Of a stretch of DNA of 46,612 nt, positions 27,343 to 35,348 are shown piece after piece (position 1 is the first letter of the stretch; every line of letters starts with the position of its first letter). Source of the stretch: Planctomycetaceae bacterium (GTDB taxonomy: Bacteria > Planctomycetota > Planctomycetia > Planctomycetales > Planctomycetaceae). The position numbers and the translations under genes are program-made. The notes below the pieces were generated by a model. The model had not been told where the DNA came from. It made no database searches and was given only the letters and a program-made list of their open reading frames with translations. The stretch lies in the NCBI GenBank assembly GCA_021732415.1, contig JAKFVC010000133.1, forward strand, positions 1 through 46,612, in the 5' to 3' direction.

Positions 27343-28824
27343 ATGCAGCTAAATTTCTCACAACAGATGAAGATGAGCCAGCAAATGAAGCTGGCTCCGC
27401 GCATGATCCAATCGATGGAGATCCTGCAGTTGCCGATCATGGCACTGAAGGAACGCCTGGAAGAGGAACTGCGCGAAAACGAGATGCTGGAAGACCAGGG
27501 GTCTGACCGCGACTCGCCCGAAATCCGCGCCGAAATTGATCGCGCTCATGAGGAAGCGGTCGAACGGCCGCTGGAAGCTCGTGAACTCGTCGTCGACGAT
27601 AAAAACGGTGAGGCCGATTTTGAGCGGTTGCTCGAAATGTCGGAAGACTGGCCGAACGATGATTATCTCGGAGCCCGCAAGTCGTCGAATCGGATGTCCG
27701 AGGAAGGCGATCAATACACCGACATGATGTCGAACATGGTTGAGCGGCCCGAGTCGCTGCAGGACCATTTGCTGGAACAGTTTCGCTTCCTGGAATGTTC
27801 GCCGACGGTGCGGTCCTTCGGTGAATATCTCCTCCAGAATCTCGACGCCAATGGCCGGCTGTCGGCATCGTTACCGGAAATCGTTCAAGTCTACGGCGAG
27901 AAGATCACGCTGGATGAAGCCCAGACGGCATTATCGCTGATTCAGAAGTTGGAACCGCTGGGAGTTGCGGCGCGGGACCTTAAGGAATGCCTGTTGTTGC
28001 AGGTCACTGAGAATTCCCCCTACCGTGACATACTGATCACGCTGATTTCCTCGCACCTGGAAGATCTGGCGCAGAACCGGTTGCCGCTGATTGAGCGGAA
28101 GACGGGCTACGACATTGAAGACATCAAGGATGCGTACGAGGTCCTTCGCACGCTGAATCCCACTCCGGGACGCGGGTTCGAGCAAGTTTCGGCACCGAAC
28201 GTCGTACCCGATTTGTATGTCGAGCCAGATGAAAACGGGCAGTGGAAAGTGCGGATCGAAGACGAATATACCCCCCGGCTGCACATCAGCAAGCAGTATC
28301 GCGAACTGTTGCAAAAGGGGGCGTCGGATCCGAAGACGCGCGATTACATCAAGCGGAAAATCGAATCGGCCAAGTGGCTGATGGAATCGATCGAACAGCG
28401 CTACAGCACCTTGCGACGGGTGGCTCAGGCCATTGTTGATAAGCAGACGGAGTTTCTCGAACATGGTCCCGAGAAAATCGTACCGCTCAAGATGCAGCAG
28501 ATCGCCGATGTGGTCGGTGTGCATGTGACGACCGTGTCGCGAGCCGTCGACGACAAGTGGATCCAGACGCCGCGCGGTATCTATCCGCTCAAGCGGTTCT
28601 TTGGTGGCGGAACGACGAATGAAGAAGGTGACGAAGTCGCCTGGGACATCATCCGCATCAAGTTGAAGAAGATCGTCGAAGAAGAAGATAAAGACGATCC
28701 GCTGAGCGACGATGCCCTGGTTGATAAACTGGCGGCCGAAGGCTACAAACTCGCCCGCCGTACGGTCACCAAATACCGTAAGGCTCTGAATATTCCGTCT
28801 TCGCGTCAGCGCAGGCAGTATTAG
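27343..28824 (+). CDS. rpoN: RNA polymerase sigma-54 factor
   Basis: N-terminal Gln/Leu-rich region I ([31 protein letters not shown]). C-terminal RpoN box ARRTVTKYR and HTH. 493 aa. Confidence 0.92.
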   Translation: MQLNFSQQMKMSQQMKLAPRMIQSMEILQLPIMALKERLEEELRENEMLEDQGSDRDSPEIRAEIDRAHEEAVERPLEARELVVDDKNGEADFERLLEMSEDWPNDDYLGARKSSNRMSEEGDQYTDMMSNMVERPESLQDHLLEQFRFLECSPTVRSFGEYLLQNLDANGRLSASLPEIVQVYGEKITLDEAQTALSLIQKLEPLGVAARDLKECLLLQVTENSPYRDILITLISSHLEDLAQNRLPLIERKTGYDIEDIKDAYEVLRTLNPTPGRGFEQVSAPNVVPDLYVEPDENGQWKVRIEDEYTPRLHISKQYRELLQKGASDPKTRDYIKRKIESAKWLMESIEQRYSTLRRVAQAIVDKQTEFLEHGPEKIVPLKMQQIADVVGVHVTTVSRAVDDKWIQTPRGIYPLKRFFGGGTTNEEGDEVAWDIIRIKLKKIVEEEDKDDPLSDDALVDKLAAEGYKLARRTVTKYRKALNIPSSRQRRQY

Positions 28825-28828
28825 GGCA

Positions 28829-29593
28829 CTACTCGGATTCCGGATCGGGCAAGTTCGTTGCGAGTGGCGCCGGTTCGTCCGGCGCTGCGGGCATCTGGCC
28901 GAGAATCATCATCTTCTGCCAGATGCTGCGCGAGAGCCCCGTCGTCAGGGTCTCAACTTGCTCGACCGCGGCCAGAGCTTCACGATCCGGGAAGTTTTGC
29001 ACGTATAGCGCGGCAATCTTTCCGGTCACAGCCAGCATTTCGATGCAGTAGTCCAGATAACGGCTCAATTGAAATGGAGTCATCACGCGGATAGGGGATG
29101 ACGGCGTCGACGGCCCGTGGACCAGGCGCTCGGGGTCCTTCGTCAACTGGTGCATGTCGACAATGTGGGCGATGGCCCGCAGTTCGCGAATCGCGTTCAG
29201 GGCTCGTGAGCACTTCAATCGATTTTCCAGGTTGACGAGGTAGAGAATTGCTGCGCCGATAAAGACGATTCCCCCGATCGCCGCCTCGAGGAACTGCACG
29301 AAGTTGCTCATGTCATCAAAGAGATGTTCCGTGCCGTGAACGCTCTTAATCGTGACGATCAGAAACGCGATGATCCCGCAGACCAGGACTCCGATACCAA
29401 GCCGGAGCGGAATATTGGGGCGATCAAATTCGTCAGCGCGAATGGCACTTTCCCGGGCAATGGTGTGCAATTCTTCCGCGACGCGACTCAAGCCGGAACT
29501 GGGAAATCGCTCTGCAATGCGTCGCTGCAATTGCGACGATGTTTCAATGATCCGTTCTGGATCGAGTAAGCGGCGAGTCACGGCATGAGGCAT
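28829..29593 (-). CDS. Hypothetical membrane protein with two central TM helices. It is convergent with rpoN and its stop is only 4 nt from the rpoN stop.
   Basis: ORF with coding-like composition. Hydrophobic segments are LRLGIGVLVCGIIAFLIV and AIGGIVFIGAAILYL. No recognised domain. Confidence 0.45.
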   Translation of the reverse strand: MPHAVTRRLLDPERIIETSSQLQRRIAERFPSSGLSRVAEELHTIARESAIRADEFDRPNIPLRLGIGVLVCGIIAFLIVTIKSVHGTEHLFDDMSNFVQFLEAAIGGIVFIGAAILYLVNLENRLKCSRALNAIRELRAIAHIVDMHQLTKDPERLVHGPSTPSSPIRVMTPFQLSRYLDYCIEMLAVTGKIAALYVQNFPDREALAAVEQVETLTTGLSRSIWQKMMILGQMPAAPDEPAPLATNLPDPESE

Positions 29594-29652
29594 GGTCCGT
29601 TCAGTTTACGGCGATTGTCGACGCGGGCCAAGTCTGATGCATCGCTCTGTTT

Positions 29653-29730
29653 GTGAGCGGCACGGCGCTAGCCGCCGGTTCTTGTCTCGAACGTGCGTAA
29701 AACACCGGTGGCTAGCGCCAGTCCGCTCAC
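29653..29730. repeat. Family-2 palindromic element: gtgagcggcacggcgctagccgccggtt ... aacaccggtggctagcgccagtccgctcac, in the divergent region upstream of the ATPase gene
   Basis: Homologous to 13536-13614: same arm sequence gtgagcgg-N3-ggcgctagcc-ccggtt. Confidence 0.7.
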
Positions 29731-29856
29731 AGATTCAGGCACCATTCGGCCTGCGGCTGATATCGATCTACGTCGAATTGCTCTATAATCCGTGTTCGCG
29801 GAAATGGATTCACTTCCGCGAAAACTGAGTCTCGGCGTCTTGATCAGATTTGCAGC

Positions 29857-32800
29857 ATGCATTACATCCCACCCGCGATGACGACCGTAGTGGCTCCCTC
29901 CGAGGATGCCAAGCTGCCGACCGCGAACCCGGCCATACCGCTCTACGTGCTGACCGCGGCGGTGGGACTGCTGCTGGGCGCCGACACGTTACTGACGTGG
30001 ATCAATTCGCCGTCGCTGAATAACTACCGCGTGTTGTTCGGAGCTCGGCTGGCGTTGCTGGCAGCAGTGCTGGGGGGCGCTCGGATTCTCTATCAGACTT
30101 TGGATGGTCTGACCGAGGGCCGAATTGGCGCGGATCTAGCTCTGACTTTGGCGTGCCTCGCTGCAATCTTCATGGGTGAGCCTGCGGTGGCGGCACTCGT
30201 GGTCTTCATCGCACTGTGCGGTGAGAGCCTCGAAGGCTATATCGGCAGTCGGGCCACCCATGCGATTAGCCGCTTGTTTGCGTTACGGCCCACGACCGCG
30301 CATGTCTTGCGAGACGGACGGGAACTCGATCTACCGCTGGATCAGGTCATTGTGGGCGACGTATTGGTCGTGCGCCCGGGGGAACGTATTCCGTGCGACG
30401 GATCGGTCGTGACCGGTCTCTCGGCCATCGATCAGAGTGCCCTGACTGGTGAAAGCTTACCGGTCGATAAGCGGCCGGGGGATTCCGTCTATGCCAGCAC
30501 TCTCAATCAATTTGGTGCGTTGACGATTGCTGTGGAAAAGGTCGGGCGCGAGACGACGTTTGGCCAGATCGTCGAGATGGTGGTGGCGGCCACCAATCGC
30601 AAAACGGACCTCGAACGCACCGCAGATCGACTGGCGCGATACTTCCTGCCGGCGGTGTTGTTTGTGGCGTTGGTCACCTTGTTTGGATGGCGATTCACGG
30701 CCGGCAACTGGCGCGCGGGTTGGATGCCGGCACTGGCGGTGCTGGTCGTCGCGTGTCCTTGTCCGTTGATCCTGGCGACTCCCAGCGCGGTCCTGGCGGC
30801 GCTGGCCTGGCTGGCTCGGAGCGGGGTTGTCATCAAGGGCTCGGCGGCCCTCGAACGGTTGGCGCTGATCGATACGATCGTGTTCGACAAGACTGGAACA
30901 CTTACGACGGGGCAGCCCGCGATTGGCGACGTCTTTTGTTTTGGCTTGATGACGCCCGAAGATGTCCTGCGGATCGCGGCGGTGGCGGAACGCTATAGCG
31001 AACATGTGCTCGGTCGGCTGGTCGTCGAAGAAGCGGGGCGGCGAGGGCTGGAAGTGCCTGTTCCGAAGGAGTTCACCGCACATCCGGGGGCTGGGATCAC
31101 GGCGTGGGTTGCCAAGTCGGCTCTGCAAGGCGCTGGTCGCCAACAGAACTTGTTGCTGCGAGGTGGCCCGGATGATCTCTGCCAGGTTCGAGTCGGCAAT
31201 GTGCGGTTCTTCGATTCACAGGGCTTGAATGTCGCCGAGCACTTGCAGGGTTGGCTGACCACCTTGGATGAGACCGGGCAGACGCCAATTCTGGTCGCCG
31301 TTCAGGACACCGTCATTGGACTGATCGGCGCCCGCGATACAGTTCGGGCGGACGCTCGTGAGGTATTGCAAACCTTGCGGAGTGAAGGCCAGTTGACGTT
31401 TGCCTTGCTGACGGGAGATCGACTCGCCCCGGCTCGGCAGGTTCTTGGCTCGGTGGGGGCCTTCGAAACAGTGGCCGCCGAGTTGCTGCCTGCCGACAAA
31501 GCGCAGTGGATCCAGACGCAACAGCAAGCGGGACGCAAGGTCCTGATGATTGGTGACGGCATCAATGACGCCCCTGCTCTGGCGACCGCCGATGTCGGGA
31601 TCGCCTTGGGCGGTGTCGGCAGCCAGATCGCGTCCGAGGCCGGCGACATCATCCTGATGGGGCAACCACTCGCCCCGTTGCCGGGACTGTTGAGGCTGTC
31701 TCGGGAACTGGTCCGGGTCATTCAGCAAAGCATTTACTGGTTTGCGTTCGGACTCAATGGCATCGGCGTCCTGCTATGTGCAATCGGCTGGCTGAATCCG
31801 GTGGGAGCGGCGCTCTTCCATGAAGTCGCGTCGCTGGCGGTCATGATGAACGCGCTGCGGTTGCTGTGGTTCGAACGGTGGAATACCAGCGGTGTCGGAC
31901 GATTCGCTACCGGATGCGGACGCTGTGCGGATTTCATGGTTGACGCCTTGTCGCCCTCGCGCGCGGCACAGGCCCTGGTCCGATATTGGTCGTTGGTGGT
32001 TCGCCTGAGCTTTGCGACGCTGGCTGCGGGTTGGCTGCTGTCCAACCTCGTGTTGATTCGGGCGGACGAACAAGCACTGGTGACGCGATTCGGAAAACAT
32101 CAAGCCGTCTTAGCGCCCGGTCTGTATTGGCGCTGGCCGTTGCCCTTCGAACGGGTCCATCGTGAAGCCGTAGATCGATTGCGGACGATTCAGCTTGGAT
32201 TTCGCGCGTCGGGAGTGGCTGAGGTGCGAGACGAGATATTTCTTGGGCCGATTGAATGGCAGGCGGAACACAATGACGGGAACTATCAGCCCATCTCCTC
32301 AGAAGCCGACATGCTTTCCGGGGAAGAAATTCCGGTCGAGCTGACGGCTGAAGTGCTCTACCAGATTCGTGATTTCCCGCAGTTTGTGTATGGTGCGGCG
32401 AATGTCGAACAGGTCTTGCGCGGTCTGGCGGAGAAGTCGATTCGGCAGACGGTCGGGCATTGGGGGATGGAAGACATCCTGACGGCCAAGCGATCGGAAC
32501 TCGCCAAAGAATCGCTACGACTCATTCAACAGGGGGCCCAGGCATATGAATTGGGAGTTGAAGTCGTCGGGGTCAATCTGCTGGATATTCACCCCCCGGT
32601 GGTCATCGTGCCCAACTATCGAGATGTCGCCAATGCACTCGAAGAACGCGAGCAGTTGTTGAATGAAGCCCAAACAATGTATGTGCGAGAACTGTTCTCG
32701 GCAGTCGGCGAGACGGCCGTCAGACAGTTGGAGCAATCGGCGGGCGGCGATCAGCCACCGTTAAAAAAATTGCAGTCAGACCAGTTGCCCGGTTGGAAGC

Positions 32801-33159
32801 TGGATGACGCGATCTGGACGGCCTTGGTCGCCGGACAACCGGGGCAACCGGCGTTGGCGGGTCAGGCGGGCGCCATGCTGCAGTCGGCCCGACAGTCGGA
32901 AACGGAACAGATTGAAACTGCGTCGGCCGATGCGGCACGGTTTGCGAGGTTGCTCGTCCCGTATCAGGCTCAACCGTGGTTGACTCGATTGCATTTGTAT
33001 TGGACGGCGTTGGAAAACTCTCTGGCCAGTTCGAGCCTGACAATCGTGGACCCGGCAGCAAAGGGGCGGCAGCAGTTGTTTTTGAACGATGCGCCGCCGA
33101 CGGCTGAAGTGCCGGCGCCGGTGATTGTCACCCCGCCCAAGCAAGAGGATGAGAATTGA
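29857..33159 (+). CDS. P1B-type heavy-metal-translocating P-type ATPase (CPC motif; no N-terminal CxxC metal-binding domain) fused in one ORF to a C-terminal SPFH/band-7 (HflK/HflC-like) domain
   Basis: DKTGTLT phosphorylation motif, GDGINDAPAL and ACPCPL (CPC) within the first ~680 aa. After an extra TM helix (LSFATLAAGWLLSNLVLI) comes an SPFH region (EQALVTRFGKHQAVLAPGLYWRWPLPFERVH; GVEVVGVNLLDIHPP; NYRDVANALEEREQLLNEAQ). 1100 aa with no internal stop. Confidence 0.8.
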   Translation: MHYIPPAMTTVVAPSEDAKLPTANPAIPLYVLTAAVGLLLGADTLLTWINSPSLNNYRVLFGARLALLAAVLGGARILYQTLDGLTEGRIGADLALTLACLAAIFMGEPAVAALVVFIALCGESLEGYIGSRATHAISRLFALRPTTAHVLRDGRELDLPLDQVIVGDVLVVRPGERIPCDGSVVTGLSAIDQSALTGESLPVDKRPGDSVYASTLNQFGALTIAVEKVGRETTFGQIVEMVVAATNRKTDLERTADRLARYFLPAVLFVALVTLFGWRFTAGNWRAGWMPALAVLVVACPCPLILATPSAVLAALAWLARSGVVIKGSAALERLALIDTIVFDKTGTLTTGQPAIGDVFCFGLMTPEDVLRIAAVAERYSEHVLGRLVVEEAGRRGLEVPVPKEFTAHPGAGITAWVAKSALQGAGRQQNLLLRGGPDDLCQVRVGNVRFFDSQGLNVAEHLQGWLTTLDETGQTPILVAVQDTVIGLIGARDTVRADAREVLQTLRSEGQLTFALLTGDRLAPARQVLGSVGAFETVAAELLPADKAQWIQTQQQAGRKVLMIGDGINDAPALATADVGIALGGVGSQIASEAGDIILMGQPLAPLPGLLRLSRELVRVIQQSIYWFAFGLNGIGVLLCAIGWLNPVGAALFHEVASLAVMMNALRLLWFERWNTSGVGRFATGCGRCADFMVDALSPSRAAQALVRYWSLVVRLSFATLAAGWLLSNLVLIRADEQALVTRFGKHQAVLAPGLYWRWPLPFERVHREAVDRLRTIQLGFRASGVAEVRDEIFLGPIEWQAEHNDGNYQPISSEADMLSGEEIPVELTAEVLYQIRDFPQFVYGAANVEQVLRGLAEKSIRQTVGHWGMEDILTAKRSELAKESLRLIQQGAQAYELGVEVVGVNLLDIHPPVVIVPNYRDVANALEEREQLLNEAQTMYVRELFSAVGETAVRQLEQSAGGDQPPLKKLQSDQLPGWKLDDAIWTALVAGQPGQPALAGQAGAMLQSARQSETEQIETASADAARFARLLVPYQAQPWLTRLHLYWTALENSLASSSLTIVDPAAKGRQQLFLNDAPPTAEVPAPVIVTPPKQEDEN

Positions 33160-33207
33160 GTCGTAGGATAGGCCCAGTTGAACATTTGAAACAGAGGAAC
33201 CATCCAG

Positions 33208-33975
33208 ATGCGCTTAGCTGGAAAAGTTGCCGTCATCACCGGCGGAGCCTTGGGAATTGGCCAGGCCACCTGTGTGCGATTTGCTGAAGAGGGTGCCGCC
33301 GTGGTGGTCGCTGACATCAACGCGGCCGCGGGGACAGAGACTGCGAATCAAATCCTCAAATCGGGTGGACGTGCTCTGTTCGTGCCCACTGATGTGACCC
33401 AGGAAGAGAGCATTCGCCAGATGGTCCAGGCGACCGTGAAGGCCTTTGGCAAGATTGATATCCTGGTGAATAACGCAGCAATTTTCATCTTGCGCGGGAT
33501 TGAAGCCACGCCCGAAGAATGGCGGCAGATTCTGGATGTCAATGTGATTGGAACGTCGCTGGTCTCCAAGCATGTGGTGCCGGAAATCCGCAAGGCGGGT
33601 GGTGGAGCGATTGTCAATCTGGGGTCGATCTCGAGCTTCATCGCACAGCCGCAATTTGTGACTTACAACGCGACCAAGGCGGCCATCGCTACGATGACAC
33701 GCTGCATGGCGCTGGATCTCGCGCCGGACAATATTCGTGTCAATGCCCTCTGCCCCGGAACCATCTGGACGCAGATCGTCGAGCGTCTCGCCAAGGAAAA
33801 GGGTCTCGACCGTGCCGCGGCTGATAAAGATCCTGCCTGGGGAGGTGCCTCGATGTTGAAGCGGGTCGCCGAGCCTCGAGAAATGGCGAATGTGATTTTG
33901 TTTCTGGCGTCGGATGAGGCCTCGTATATCACCGGTGCCCACATCATGGCCGATGGTGGCTATACTGCCGTTTGA
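33208..33975 (+). CDS. Short-chain dehydrogenase/reductase (SDR) family oxidoreductase
   Basis: TGGALGIGQA Rossmann motif, NNAA and the catalytic Y-x3-K region. 255 aa. It starts 48 bp after the ATPase gene. Confidence 0.85.
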   Translation: MRLAGKVAVITGGALGIGQATCVRFAEEGAAVVVADINAAAGTETANQILKSGGRALFVPTDVTQEESIRQMVQATVKAFGKIDILVNNAAIFILRGIEATPEEWRQILDVNVIGTSLVSKHVVPEIRKAGGGAIVNLGSISSFIAQPQFVTYNATKAAIATMTRCMALDLAPDNIRVNALCPGTIWTQIVERLAKEKGLDRAAADKDPAWGGASMLKRVAEPREMANVILFLASDEASYITGAHIMADGGYTAV

Positions 33976-34023
33976 TCGGTTCGCTTGCAAATTTCCTCCC
34001 TTTAAAGACGTAGCTCAAAACAC

Positions 34024-35013
34024 ATGCCCGCCAATCTGACTCCGCAGTATTCCAAGGCCGAAGAAGAATACCGACGTGCCCAGTCGGTTCCGGAACAAAT
34101 CGCCTGTCTCGAGAACATGCTCGTGCTGGTTCCCAAGCATAAGGGGACCGAAAAGATCCAGGCAGATCTCAAGACGAGGCTGAAGGAAGCGCGGGAAGAA
34201 CTGGCCGCGGAGAAGAAGGCTCCCAAGAAGGGGAAGATTTACAAATTCCCGCGTCAGGGGGCTGGCCAGATTACCGTGCTGGGTGGACCGAATGCGGGCA
34301 AGAGCATGGTGCTGGCGGCATTGACGAACGCTCAGCCGGAAGTTGCCCCCTATCCCTTCACCACGCGCGAGCCCTTCCCGGCCATGATGCCGTGGGAAGA
34401 TACGACGGTGCAGTTGATCGACACTCCGCCGATCACCGACAGTCATTTCGAGACGTATTTGCCGAACATCGTGCGGTCCACGGACGTCGTGGCGCTGTGC
34501 TTTGACGGCAGTTCGGATGATGCCCCCGAACAGACCATCGAGGTTTGTTCTCAATTGAAGGCCCGCAAGACGTTGCTCGCGACCGAGACCGGTTTTCTCG
34601 AAGACGATTTTTCGACGGTGCGCGTCAAAACAATTCTCGTCGTCACACGCGGTCAGGATCCCGACTGTGCGGCCCGCCTGGACCTGTTGCATGAGATGAC
34701 CCCCGAACGGTTTCACGAGGAGATCGTGGACCTTGAGAATCCAGAAGATGCAACGCGACTTCGCAACTGCTTGTTTGCGGCCCTGGGCGTGATTCGTGTT
34801 TATACGAAGGCTCCAGGAAAGCCTGCGGTTTATGCGAATCCCTATACGGTTCCCAAGGGGGCATTGGTCGAAGATCTGGCTGCGAAGGTGCATCAGGATC
34901 TCGCGGACAAGTTGAAGTTCGCGAAGATCTGGGGGAGCACATCTTCAGACGGCCAGACTGTGGGCCGCGACTTTATATTGTCGGATCGCGATCTGGTAGA
35001 GTTGCACGCGTAG
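34024..35013 (+). CDS. DRG-like (developmentally-regulated GTP-binding protein / Rbg1 family) GTPase-fold protein with a C-terminal TGS domain. The G3 and G4 motifs are degenerate.
   Basis: The N-terminal helical region parallels DRG (EEEYRRAQ...LKTRLKEAREEL...KKGK). G1 is GGPNAGKS; G2 is YPFTT; the G3 position reads DTPP instead of DxxG; there is no NKxD. The C-terminal TGS-like region is IRVYTKAPGKPAVYANPYTVPKGALVEDLAAKVHQDLADKLKFAKIWG. Confidence 0.6.
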   Translation: MPANLTPQYSKAEEEYRRAQSVPEQIACLENMLVLVPKHKGTEKIQADLKTRLKEAREELAAEKKAPKKGKIYKFPRQGAGQITVLGGPNAGKSMVLAALTNAQPEVAPYPFTTREPFPAMMPWEDTTVQLIDTPPITDSHFETYLPNIVRSTDVVALCFDGSSDDAPEQTIEVCSQLKARKTLLATETGFLEDDFSTVRVKTILVVTRGQDPDCAARLDLLHEMTPERFHEEIVDLENPEDATRLRNCLFAALGVIRVYTKAPGKPAVYANPYTVPKGALVEDLAAKVHQDLADKLKFAKIWGSTSSDGQTVGRDFILSDRDLVELHA

Positions 35014-35092
35014 CATGATTGAGGGGGTGAGGAAATTGGCTGGATTCAATCGCAATTCAAACGTTGTCAGCCAATATCGGAAAGGAGATTGG

Positions 35093-35211
35093 GAACACTA
35101 ATCTTCGCTAATCTACACTAATTCAGATTGCTTTAGAACGAATACTCGAAAAGCGTCGGACGTCGTTCATTCTCTGTCTTGATCAGTGTTGATTAGCGTA
35201 GATTAGTGTTC
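35093..35211. repeat. Word-built hairpin (ctaat units): gaacactaatcttcgctaatctacactaat ... agtgttgattagcgtagattagtgttc, with a ~62-nt loop, between the convergent GTPase and LamG genes
   Basis: 27-bp arms with 2 mismatches, read directly. It is AT-rich relative to the flanking sequence. Confidence 0.6.
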
Positions 35212-35348
35212 TAAAAAACTCTTTGTTCCAGCTCATACAGGGTTTGAGACTCATAAGCCCCATCCGCCCCATTGATTTTGATGGGACCAATGGGACTTAT
35301 AAAAAAGTTTGCGTCGCTGCATGACCCGACTCCGAGAGTCGAGTTACG

